Source of the DNA: Nitrospirota bacterium | Lineage (GTDB): Bacteria; Nitrospirota; UBA9217 | Reading direction: 5' to 3' | Assembly: GCA_963751455.1 (NCBI GenBank) | Contig: CAVVUN010000015.1 | Coordinates: 1,184,001-1,248,000 of the forward strand | DNA length: 64,000 bases | In this document: positions 18,501 to 27,609 of the stretch, piece after piece | Layout: each line of letters starts with the position of its first letter | Numbering within the stretch: position 1 is the first letter of the stretch | The notes under the pieces: generated by a model | What the model saw: only the letters and a program-made list of their open reading frames with translations | Database searches by the model: none | What the model was told of the DNA's origin: nothing | Position numbers and translations under genes: made by a program

Positions 18501-18642
18501 CAATCGAAGGGCTGGCAGGCGTGACCGCGATAGATGTCAGCGTAGCGCCGCTGTTATTCGTTATAGCTGAACTACCACAGCCTGTTACAACCATGAGTGA
18601 TATCACGAGAACCGCAACTAAGAAACCGATTTTCCCCCTCAT
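15595..18642 (-). CDS. Surface lipoprotein: five Big_2 Ig-like domains plus ~13 WSGTQF.AVG..G.ILTS.DGITW beta-propeller repeats
   Basis: Lipobox VTGC, SIAVTP...QFTATGTYSD...WSSS repeats, C-terminal ~40-aa repeats. Confidence 0.88.
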   Translation of the reverse strand: MRGKIGFLVAVLVISLMVVTGCGSSAITNNSGATLTSIAVTPASPSIATGASQQFTAIGTYSDNSTQNITASVTWTSSDTSKANISNAGLATAIAAGTTTIKAMSGSVEKTATLTITAQNATLVSIAVIPANPSIAPGATQQFTATGTYSDNTTQNITGSVTWSSSNTSKATISNTGLATGVAAGSTTITASSGIISGSASLTITTQTATLVTIAVTPANPSIVIGASQQFTATGTYSDSTAQNITGSVTWSSSNLSKATISNAGLATGVAAGSTTITASLGSISGSSSLTITTQTATLVSIAVTPTNPSIATGASQQFIATGTYSDSTAQNITGSVTWSSSNLSKATISNAGLATGVAAGSTTITASSGSISGSASLTITTQTSTLVSIAVTPANPGIATTALKQFTATGTYSDGISNDITASVTWTSSNAGIATVNASGLATGVAAGIATITATSGTIVNSTSLTVTTTLPTAGLNWLASPSNTNWIIGIAWSGTRFAAVGGNGTILTSVDGITWIARSSGTTNTLYGITWSGTQFVAVGGSGTILTSADGITWTARSSGTTNTLSGITWSGTQFVVVGGSGTIRTSPDGITWTVRISGTTKNLNGVAWSGTLFAAVGYDYTIHTSPDGITWTIRESWMGGYFAGIIWSGTQFVALYDYGDIITSSDGITWTIDHASGTTDGLTGIAWSGTQFAAVGDSGTILTSPDGITWTDRISGTTNNLNDVAWSGTQFVAVGNSGIILTSPDGITWNRRSGATNNLNGVAWTGTIFAAVGDSGTILTSPDGITWTDRISGTTNNLNGVAWSGTQFVAVGNSGIILTSPDGITWNHGSGTTPLLSSIVWSGTQFAVVGSSGTILTSADGITWTARTSGTTNGLFDITWSGTQFAVVGSSGTILTSPDGISWTVRISGTTNNLNGVAWSGTQFTVVGFSKTLTSPDGVIWTVRYSAQNLYDIFWSGTLFAAVGTSGAIITSPDGVTWTVRTSGTTNGLFDITWSGTQFAVVGSSGTFVTSP

Positions 18643-18771
18643 AATTATCTCCCTTTGTCGAAATTGAGATAGGACTTACTATGCGCACAGCCCCAAAATA
18701 TAAGCGAATGGTTACATCGTATACTATGAATTCATTGTATTGTCAACGCAAATGGTTATATATTCGTTTTC

Positions 18772-18939
18772 ATGAAAAAAGAGGTCATCATTACCGCCAG
18801 GGTTACGCCCGAGACCAAAGACATTATCCAATCTCTTGCCGACAAGGATGAGCGCACCCTTGCCTGGATGGTCCGCAAGCTGCTGCTTGAGGCGCTGGAA
18901 GCGCGCGGGCTCGTCAAAAAACAGAAGCGGGAAAAGTGA
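18772..18939 (+). CDS. Ribbon-helix-helix (Arc/CopG-like) regulator, 55 aa, below the ORF-track cutoff
   Basis: MKKEVIITARVTPETKDIIQSLADKDERTLAWMVRKLLLEALEARGLVKKQKREK. Confidence 0.75.
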   Translation: MKKEVIITARVTPETKDIIQSLADKDERTLAWMVRKLLLEALEARGLVKKQKREK

Positions 18940-19172
18940 CGTATTCGTAACAATTAAGAATGCGTCACCCTGATCCTTCTATTTGTTCCGAATAAAAGCG
19001 CAGCAAAGTGAAGAATCCGGCTCAGGACAGGTTCGGTCTTTCAACGTGTTTGAAAACCAAGATTTCTCACTTCGTTCGAAATGACAAAACAAGTAATTTG
19101 CCCTCGCGTCGTCCGTTCCTTTTTGACTTTACCCTCTCCTTGTGATATTTTGTAACCATATCCGGAGGAGCC

Positions 19173-19367
19173 ATGGCTATGGAAAAAGTCCTGATTAAGA
19201 CCGATGAGTTCAATGGCCGCTATGTGGCGATGAAAAGCTTTGACGATCCCACCGTCGTGGGCGCCGGCGACGATCCTGCAGCCGCTCTGCTCGACGCCTT
19301 ATCTAAGGGATTCAGCGACCCTGTCCTTCTCTACATTCCCGAAAAAGAAACCGTTCTCATATACTGA
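19173..19367 (+). CDS. DUF5678-like small protein
   Basis: GGAGG RBS, F.GRYVA......VVG.G.D....A...G..DP. Confidence 0.7.
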   Translation: MAMEKVLIKTDEFNGRYVAMKSFDDPTVVGAGDDPAAALLDALSKGFSDPVLLYIPEKETVLIY

Positions 19368-19495
19368 TGCCTCCATTTGACTTTATGCCGAATCTCTTCA
19401 CTCCGCTCCTGGGCGTAAGAAACTTTCTCAACAATTTTATTCTGACCATCGATTATCCGAACAAAACATTTTCTCTGAGATTTACAAACTCGTAG
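19367..19495 (+). pseudogene. Internally deleted retropepsin-like protease remnant
   Basis: TGATG coupling, then MPPFDFMPNLFTPLLGVRNFLNNFILTIDYPNKTFSLR. The LLG..FL..F...IDY C-terminus is present and the catalytic DTG is absent. Confidence 0.55.
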
Positions 19496-19887
19496 AAGCC
19501 GCATTAATGCCGTTTCTGTTTCCTGCCAGTCTTTGATCTTCCATGCTCTTAGCGATGATTAATCACAAAAATCACAGAAATCTGCGCAATCTGCGGATAA
19601 AGCATTTCAAAGGGTCAATCGCCTGAACCTAGTTTCCAAAAGCTGAAAGCCGTAAAGGTTGATGAAGAATAGAAGGGAAAACAGATTTATTGTGCATCGA
19701 GCAATTAAATTGGTATCATAATTTGAAAAAATTCGCAAGCGAATAATTTCGCTCCGTTTTCTCCTGATTTCGATAGCTCGAATACGACGGTGTGGGTAAA
19801 TAATGTTACTGGTTGCCGCAGGAAGGTTCTTTAAACAGATGGTGAGAAGAAACAAAAAGCAGTACAGGTTGTTTAGGGAAAGTCCTT

Positions 19888-21626
19888 CTACTTGCCAAAG
19901 AGCGAACGGCAGGGGCCATGTCCCGGAGGGGACAGCAACAGGCGTACCAGGTTGGGCAGCTTCAATTTCCATCCTTTAATAGGCCAGTCGAGCTCATGCT
20001 TGTCGCAGACCTGGTCCAGCGTGTTCAGGCCCATGATTTCTTCTCTCAATTCCTCATCGACGTGCGAAGCATCTTTGATCTTTTCGCTTAACGCGATTGC
20101 GCGGGAGAGATGATCGCGCACGTTCCTCGCTTTCGAAGCCCCGATTGCCCCGTATCGTTCTTTCAGGTCCAGAAGCTTCAATGCGGAGTCGTACGTCGCC
20201 CTGACGATTTCATCCCGCGTCATCTTGTCCGTTTCGTAATTCAAAGTGAATTTCCAGCTCGGCATCAGCATGGCTTCCCGGTGCTCCTTGAGCGTCCGGT
20301 AGAAAAGCGGTAGCCGTACTTCCCGGGATCCTCGAAGATGCTGCTGCCCGGATCTATGAACGGAGCGAGGGGGGCGATCAGCGGCAGTATCCTGCCGGTT
20401 TTCCGGTTGTTTCCGTAGCGTGAGAGAAGTTCGCCGCAATAGTCGACCGTGTCCATGACGGATTGGTAGTCCTGGTGAGGCAGGCCGACCATGAAAAACA
20501 AATCGATTCTTTTGCAGCCGACGTCGATGAGCGTTTCAATCATGTGCTCGAGCTCTGCGTTTGAATAGCTTTTGCCGAAGGTTTTTCGAATTGCGGCGTC
20601 ATGCGATTCGGGCGAGATCTCAACGTTAAAAGCATACAGCGAATCGGCAACGTGGCGGAGAAAATCATTAGAAGGCGGACTGAAGAACTCGATGCAGAGC
20701 TCGTTCCTTATACGGGCCTTCTTGACTGCAGCCAGAAACCGTTCGGCATACTCCTTCCCTGCCTGCAAAAGGTCGCCGAGGACCATGACGGGGGCGCCGG
20801 TGTACTTCGCGATGCGGCGGATATCCTCGGCCACTCGCTCCGGCGACCGAAAACTGGCCTGCTGCCGCAGGCAGACTTTCTTGAAAGCCGAAACAGAGCC
20901 TCCGCAGGTGCCGCAGTTATGGTTGCAGCCCCTGACCGAAAAGACGGCCGTAACCGGGTAGCTCATCCAGTACTTGAACGGAGTGTACCCCGTGGGATCC
21001 AGGTATTTTATGGCCATCTTGATAAGATGAGAATAATCGAAATCGATATAGTCGAGGTTGTCCGGCTTGAATGAGCGCTCGTTTACGGTTATGCGTCCCG
21101 CCTTGTCTCTCCAAACCAGGTTGGGCACCTCGTCATACCCGCCTTCCGCTTCAATCGCTTTCATAAGGAGGCGGAGCGGTTCCTCCGTAGACTCGCCGCA
21201 TACGATAAAATCGACAAACGGATAATCCCGCATGATTTCTTCATGAAAATACGTTGCGCTGAGACCGCCCATTATGACGGGTGTTTCGGGATGGAGCTTT
21301 TTCACGAGCTCTGCCACGCTCAGGCTGCCGTCCACGTGCGGCAGCCAATGGAGATCGATCCCGAAGGCGACCGGGGATTTGAGCCCGGCAAGATATTCTT
21401 CTGGATCGAATGTTCTGCTGCGCAGCATCTTCATCGCCAGATTGATGATCCTGACCGATATCCCATAGCGGTTGAGATAATCTGATATTGTGAGAAAGCC
21501 GATGGGGTAGATTTCAAATATGGAGGACGAAGGCACAACATCGCTCACCGGCCCGAAGAACAAAGGCAGTTCCCGGAATTTCATGACGCTGGGAGGATGA
21601 AGGAGGACGAGGTCGGCGTCAGGCAT
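19888..21626 (-). CDS. B12-binding domain radical SAM protein (TIGR04190-like), single-base frameshift near 20305
   Basis: DLHWLPH, RGCNHNCGTCGGS, PLAPFIDPGS. The C-terminus (FYRTL.EHR.A...PSWK..LNYET) continues in the 19888-20439 frame. Confidence 0.8.
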
Positions 21627-22257
21627 GGATAATCTCTCCGTAAATCTTTTGAGTATAGATCACGGCCAGCTCTTCCGCGGCTTGTTCCATTGCACGACAG
21701 AGCGCTTCGAGATGGGCTTGGAGCGCCCGATGAAACGGAGAACGGATGTTTTCACCGAGCATCCGTGTTTCGAGAATGTAAAGCTGCAGTATGTCCAGGA
21801 TGATGCTCTTGAAGGTATTTTCGTTGAACGCCTTCTTTACCGTATCGGTGAAGGGCGCTCCGTCAGGCCACTTTCCGAGCAGTGCGTACACGATTTTCGA
21901 TATGCGCCATATCCTCCTGATCCGGATATCGGCAATGTCGCTGTACGGTATGGATATGGTAAAGGACGCGATGCTCACATTCCGCAGAAACTCCTTGTCG
22001 ATCTTTTTGGTTTTCTCGAAGATTGCCTCCAGGTCGAGTTCGCAAAGCGGCTTCCCGGTCGCGAAGGCATCAGCCGCTTCTTCTATAATAAGCCGGTCTT
22101 TCTTGATTTCCTTGGTTACGTTGCCCTCCATGTACCGCGAAAAAAAAGAATGCAGCAGCGTCATCACGGAACCGCCTCTTAGACGGTCGAAACTTTTCCG
22201 TGAAAACTCCTGCATCAGAACGGTGTCTTTGTCGCAGAGAATCTCGGTCTTTTCCAT
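21619..22257 (-). CDS. Hypothetical protein in operon with the radical SAM gene
   Basis: Overlaps the downstream start, coherent 212-aa ORF. Confidence 0.7.
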   Translation of the reverse strand: MEKTEILCDKDTVLMQEFSRKSFDRLRGGSVMTLLHSFFSRYMEGNVTKEIKKDRLIIEEAADAFATGKPLCELDLEAIFEKTKKIDKEFLRNVSIASFTISIPYSDIADIRIRRIWRISKIVYALLGKWPDGAPFTDTVKKAFNENTFKSIILDILQLYILETRMLGENIRSPFHRALQAHLEALCRAMEQAAEELAVIYTQKIYGEIIHA

Positions 22258-22330
22258 AAGAACCTTGATTAAATTGAAGAGTGAAAAATGGAAATTGGAA
22301 AATGGAAAATTAATTCAGAATCAAAAGCGA

Positions 22331-22426
22331 TCTCGCGCTAAGCACGCAAAGGACGCAAAGGAAATCTTTAATTCCGTTTGTAAAGTCAAATAGTCTTTCT
22401 TTGCGACCTTTGCGCCTTTGCGAGAA
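22331..22426. repeat. REP-like element, family B (also 23260-23370, 31281-31366, 41421-41512)
   Basis: CGCAAAG.(C)GC.AAG ... CTTTGCG.C.TT.GCG.CTTTGCG inverted arms. Confidence 0.8.
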
Positions 22427-22457
22427 AATTGATTTAGATCCAATCTTCAACTAATAT

Positions 22458-23165
22458 TCACTTTAGTCTTGTCGCCCGGTAAATCGTGGCGATTCCCATG
22501 CTCAGAGATTCGATGCTGACCTTGGAATAGCCGCATTCCGTAATGACCCTCCTGAATTCTTCAGGCGGATAAAATGCATTGATCGAGCGCGGGAGGTACA
22601 GGTATGGCGCTGCCGTCTTGACGATAACCTGTGCGATCGAGGGCATGACGTTGAAAACGTAAAATCGATACAGCGAGCTGAACCATTTTACATGCGGCTT
22701 GGTCAGTTCGAGACAGACGAAATTCCCCCCGGGCTTCAGCACCCGCTTGATCTCGTTAAGGGCCAGGATGGTATCAGGGATATTCCGCATTCCAAAAGCA
22801 ACCGTTACCGCATCGAAAGATTTATCGGGAAAGGGGAGGCGCTTGGCATCCGAAAGTACAAAGGAAACGTTGGCCTGCTTCCTGGTTTTCTTCTTGCGCG
22901 CGCGCACCAGCATTTCCTCGCAGAAGTCTGCGCCTGTAACCGAACCGCTTTTCCCTACTTTGGGCGACAGCAGGAAGGCCATCTCGCCGGTTCCTGTGCA
23001 GACATCAAGCACGCGGTCGCCCTGGTGAACATTCAAGAGGGCAACGGCTTTGATCCTCCAGAGGTGGTCCAACCCGAGGCTGAAGCCGCTGCTCAGTAAA
23101 TCGAGATACGGAGCCATCGTTGAAAAAATATGCTGGATAAAAAGGTCTCTCTGTTGTAACGTCAT
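22458..23165 (-). CDS. UbiE/MenG family quinone C-methyltransferase
   Basis: LDVCTGTG, DA..LPFPD.SFDAVTVAFGMRN, RVLKPGG, YLYLP.SI..F. Confidence 0.88.
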   Translation of the reverse strand: MTLQQRDLFIQHIFSTMAPYLDLLSSGFSLGLDHLWRIKAVALLNVHQGDRVLDVCTGTGEMAFLLSPKVGKSGSVTGADFCEEMLVRARKKKTRKQANVSFVLSDAKRLPFPDKSFDAVTVAFGMRNIPDTILALNEIKRVLKPGGNFVCLELTKPHVKWFSSLYRFYVFNVMPSIAQVIVKTAAPYLYLPRSINAFYPPEEFRRVITECGYSKVSIESLSMGIATIYRATRLK

Positions 23166-23465
23166 TGTCTATACCGTATTGTCAATAAATGGTAACTGCT
23201 CAAATCTATCTCAGTCAATGCCTCAGACCGGTGAAGCATGAAACCAAAATCAAAAGCGGTCTCGCGCAAAGACGCCAAGGCGCAAAGAAAAAACTTAAAA
23301 TCCTGATCTTGATTTAAAAAATAATAAAGACAGTTAGACTTTCTTTGCGACTTTGCGGCTTTGCGCGAAAATCGGCTTTGGTCTTTTCAATAAAAGTTGA
23401 CTCAAAATTCAGGATATAAGTCTTTAGAGTACTTTAATACTCAAGGTAAGCTTTCTCTTGGGCGG

Positions 23466-24281
23466 TTAATAATAAAACTGCCCGAGCAGGACCAAAACAA
23501 GCAAAAAGAGCCCTATCACGACAATCGCAAAGCCGAAGAAGATGCCGAGATCGGTGAGCCAGCCCGGCTGCGGACCGATTGCAGACTCTTCGAGTCTCCT
23601 GTCACTGACCATCCTCTCAAACTCGAGCGGACGCTCCAGCCGGAACTCATGCATGGGCACCCTGCCGGTGAAGATAACGGGGTCCATCGGGAACTTTTCC
23701 GGCCTCAGGTGCGTATTGAAGAAATGGATCGTAAAGATGAAACCGGCGGCAAGAAGCGCTTCATCGCTATGGATGATCGTCGCAATGTTGAAAGCCCACC
23801 CCGGGAAGAACCGGCCGAAGAATTCCGGAAACCAGAGGAAGAGGCCGGAAACGCCGATCATGCCGACGCCCCAGAATACCGCCCAGTAATCGAATTTTTC
23901 CCAATAGGTAAAACGGTCGAATCTCGGCTTCGGTCCTTTCCCCAGAAACCACCGGAAATTAGAGTACAGGTCTTCGATGTCCTTTACCCAGGGGACCATG
24001 GATTCCGGTCCAAACGGGTTGAACGTAAATTTTTTCCTAAAGCCGATATCGTGCATCACAAACCCGATATGGGCCGCAAAATATCCGAATGTCACGACCG
24101 CACAGGTCCTGTGGACCAACCCTGCCGAGTGGTACCCGCCGAGCAATTTCATCAGCCACGCGGCCCAGGGAGCTTCCGAATATTTGAGCGGCATGCCGGA
24201 AGCAACCAGGCCGATGAAGCTGACTGCCATAACCACGTGCAGTACGCGGTGATAGGCGTTGAAGCGTTTGATCCACTGCAT
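23466..24281 (-). CDS. Cytochrome b (FdnI/CbcL b-domain-like)
   Basis: HRVLH, HR..A, YWEKFDYWAVFWG, IHSDEALLA.GFIFTIHFFN.H.RP. Confidence 0.88.
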   Translation of the reverse strand: MQWIKRFNAYHRVLHVVMAVSFIGLVASGMPLKYSEAPWAAWLMKLLGGYHSAGLVHRTCAVVTFGYFAAHIGFVMHDIGFRKKFTFNPFGPESMVPWVKDIEDLYSNFRWFLGKGPKPRFDRFTYWEKFDYWAVFWGVGMIGVSGLFLWFPEFFGRFFPGWAFNIATIIHSDEALLAAGFIFTIHFFNTHLRPEKFPMDPVIFTGRVPMHEFRLERPLEFERMVSDRRLEESAIGPQPGWLTDLGIFFGFAIVVIGLFLLVLVLLGQFYY

Positions 24282-25250
24282 TTACTCGCCCTCCCGCCGT
24301 GACGTCCGCTCCTTCAACGACCGGTACGCCCAGAGGACCGTGTGCAGTAAGAAGAAGCTGAAGACCCCGATCAGGAGCGCAGTCATGAACAGGTAGACAT
24401 AATAAAGCTCCGGATATCCGGCCCTGTCGTGCTCTTCGGCATGGGCATAGTATTTTGTAAAGCGCGATGTCGCACGCGGGTGGCACGTGCGGCAGGTGTT
24501 TACGATGTTATTCTGAGAAAGCGTGGAGGCCGGATCGGACGGCGGCAAAATAGTGTGCGCTCCGTGGCAATCCTGGCATTTTGCGGTACCGGTATAACCC
24601 AGCTTGGACACCTTTCCGTGAAACGTTTTGCGGTACGAGTTCATCTGCTCCGCATGGCAATTTCCGCATTTTTCGATCAGTCTCAGTTTCCAGGCGTCTT
24701 CAGTGGTACGCGGAGTCCGGTGTTCCAGATGGCAGTCAAAACAGGTCGCGGCGCCGGTATTTTCCCGTACGAGCAACTCTCTGCCATGAATACTTGTACT
24801 GTACAACTCGAATTCATGGGCATGGCACGAAGAACAGAGAGACGGTATGTTGGCCCTGTTGGTTCCTGAACGGGGGTCGGCGGCAGGATAGATATAATGG
24901 GACCCGTGGCAGGTCTGACACCTGGGCGCGCTATTGTTGCCGGCTGCAATCGCCTGTCCGTGCACACTCAGCTTATAATGCTGCGCCTGTTCCGCGGGAG
25001 CACCTTCCCTCCCCAGGAAGTGACAGATGCCGCAGTTTACTTTTTTTACAGAACCATGAGGATAGTCACTGAGGCCGATATGGCACCCAGCGCATGTGAT
25101 CTGCCCATGAACGGATTGCTGGAAGGCCGAACGGTCGACATACCCTGCCATGCCTTTTCGGCCATGACAGGAATAACAGTCCTCTTTGGCATATATACCC
25201 GCTGGTAGCGCAAGGCACACGGCTATAAGTGCCAGGACTGTTCGTAACAT
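24282..25250 (-). CDS. Nonaheme cytochrome c with C-terminal TM anchor (CbcL c-domain-like)
   Basis: Signal peptide, nine CxxCH motifs, C-terminal TM helix. Confidence 0.9.
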   Translation of the reverse strand: MLRTVLALIAVCLALPAGIYAKEDCYSCHGRKGMAGYVDRSAFQQSVHGQITCAGCHIGLSDYPHGSVKKVNCGICHFLGREGAPAEQAQHYKLSVHGQAIAAGNNSAPRCQTCHGSHYIYPAADPRSGTNRANIPSLCSSCHAHEFELYSTSIHGRELLVRENTGAATCFDCHLEHRTPRTTEDAWKLRLIEKCGNCHAEQMNSYRKTFHGKVSKLGYTGTAKCQDCHGAHTILPPSDPASTLSQNNIVNTCRTCHPRATSRFTKYYAHAEEHDRAGYPELYYVYLFMTALLIGVFSFFLLHTVLWAYRSLKERTSRREGE

Positions 25251-25553
25251 GGTTTGATTGTATCAAAGATTTGGCCACTGTCAAGGCAGCAGCGGACAGG
25301 AGCTACGGCAAAATATCGGTAAATCATCGGTAAAAGCATCAAATATCGTTGATGCCGGGCTCCGGGATAAGATATAATAGTTTGGGGTTATACTCTTTCA
25401 ATCCGCAGATTACGCAGATTCGACAGATCACATAAAAATGAATTCTGGTTTAAAATCTGCGTTTCTCTGCGTAATCTGCGGATAAAAAAGATGACCTGAG
25501 CAGTTGGCATAAGTGCCATGCGCTATGCCCTGCAGCGCGAGGGAGGCCTCCTG

Positions 25554-25886
25554 ATGCGTAAAAAGCCGAAAGAAGAAACTGTGCCGCAAGAACGGCAGGA
25601 CACCATTCGACGACAAATGCGGACAGTCCTTGAGCAGTGCCCTTGTTCCGCAAAAGATCTGTCTGCGGATATCAGAATATCCGAAAAGGAAGTCTACGCG
25701 CATCTCGAACATATTGAAAAGAGTTTGAGCAAATCCTCCCGGCCGCTCATAGTCACTCCCGCTGTATGTAAAAAGTGCTCTTTCGTTTTTTCGAAGCGGG
25801 ACCGGCTCAAAAAACCCGGCAAATGCCCGGTATGCAGGGGAGAGTCGATTCAGGAGCCCCTGTTTTCCCTTGAACCTCCGCAATGA
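25554..25886 (+). CDS. HTH plus Zn-ribbon transcriptional regulator (COG3357-like)
   Basis: EKEVYAHLEHI.KS, C..C.F.F..R..KP.KCP.C. Confidence 0.82.
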   Translation: MRKKPKEETVPQERQDTIRRQMRTVLEQCPCSAKDLSADIRISEKEVYAHLEHIEKSLSKSSRPLIVTPAVCKKCSFVFSKRDRLKKPGKCPVCRGESIQEPLFSLEPPQ

Positions 25887-27077
25887 GAAAAAAGAGGTGT
25901 CCTCTGGCTGCCGGGGAGGTGTAAACGTGCGGCCGTTATGACGCTTGACAGCAGATAGAAGGGTATGCGCGGGATAAGCCACTTGAAGAAACGGCGATAA
26001 TCGGATCTGCCCGTGGCGATCTCGAGGTACTTCCCGATCGGTTTTTTATTATCGATAAAAACGCTGACAACCAGCCGCGGAAACCGGTCAACAAACTGCG
26101 CGATCCGCAGCGCCACCTCAAGTTGCCGCCTGATATCCCGTTCGCATTCCCGGGAATAAACAGCAGCTGCATGCCAGGGCCGCCTTCCGGGCTCGAGGCT
26201 TTCAAGGACGGCATGCGCCGCGCATCGGCCCGACTGGATGGCGTGTACAATCCCTTCGCCGTTGCAGGGGATCCGCGAAACCGGCGGCGTCACCGGCAAG
26301 TAAAATACGATTTGCGGCAATCCGTCTCGGTATTCCACCCAGGGGTATAAAATGACCGCGCACCTTGTCAATTTCTACCTGGAGAGACCGTGCATACGCT
26401 GCGAGCGTTTTTCGGGGTTCAACGAATTCCGATGCAACACCGGCTGCGCCGACCGAGTAATTTCCGCGGTGTGGAAAGAGCCACCCATACCCGGTTGGAG
26501 CGATTCCGAAGCGTAAAATTATTGTTTTATCGAGACGGGCGTCGACTTCTTCATCAATGGCCGGGACCTGACAGACAGCGGCAAGCGCCAGTTCATCTTT
26601 TTTAAAAGGCGGACGAACGAGACCGGCGACGCGGCTATGAACTCCGTCCGCCCCGATAAGGTAGCGCGCCTCGTATGTTTTCGTTTCCGTTGAAACAATT
26701 ACACTGTGGTTCGTCTCAACAACGTCAATGACCTTTTGCCCTTGCAAAAAGAGGGCGCCTTTTTCAGCGGCTTTTTCCGCAAGGACCCTGTCGAAATCGT
26801 CCCGATTCACCAGCACGGCAATCAGCTCGTCTTTCCGGATCTCAACTGACCTGTCTTCAAATTCGATTCTCACCCCATAACATTCTTTCTCGATTACCGC
26901 ATCAGGAAGGACAAAATCAAGAAGGCTGAGCGCCCGCACGGATACCGCCCCTGCGCAAGGCTTGTGTCTTGGGAAGTATTCTTTATCGAGAAGGACCGTT
27001 TTAAGTCCTTTACCCGAACATATTCTTGCGCAGGTAGAGCCTGCGGGTCCCGCTCCAACTATGACTACATCATACAT
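25850..27077 (-). CDS. Geranylgeranyl reductase-family FAD oxidoreductase, frameshift near 26268
   Basis: GAGPAG, PR.KPC.G, LAGDAAGFADP. GEGI..AI.SG continues in the other frame after a CCCC run. Confidence 0.8.
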
Positions 27078-27272
27078 AAGACCCCTCTCGTCAGGCGATA
27101 CTTTTGTATTTCGGATTTTGTTCCATCAAAAGAATTCTTTTTAAGAATACCTCATCTCAGTGCGTACTGCTCGTGGCATGATAAAACTTATACGGACTTA
27201 TTCATTTACTGGCAACATGATGCGAAAATCAAATAGAACACTACAACTATTTATTTTTGTTAGAATTGAGAC

Positions 27273-27590
27273 ATGGAACAGGACATGCTGAGTGAAGTAA
27301 TAGAGGCTGAAAAAGAGATCCAGAAATGTCTGGAGCTGGAAAAGATAAAGGTTCGCGAATGGCTTGAGACCGTAAAGAAAGAATCTGAAGAGCAATTTAG
27401 CCGGGAGGAGAACAAGATCAGGAACCTGCATGCTGAATCACTGGAAGAGGCGGCCCGGGCGGCAGAGGCGGAGGCCTTACGTACAGTCAGCCGGGCAGCA
27501 GCTCTATCGGAACGGCTCCGACAACTGCCTGCCGGGACGCTGTCTAGGTTTGTAGAAGAAAAGATACTCAAAATTCTGCCCAACATATAA
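27273..27590 (+). CDS. A/V-type ATPase subunit H/G
   Basis: Charged helical protein at the head of the operon. Confidence 0.65.
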   Translation: MEQDMLSEVIEAEKEIQKCLELEKIKVREWLETVKKESEEQFSREENKIRNLHAESLEEAARAAEAEALRTVSRAAALSERLRQLPAGTLSRFVEEKILKILPNI

Positions 27591-27609
27591 TGCCCCCAAA
27601 GAGGGTGCG

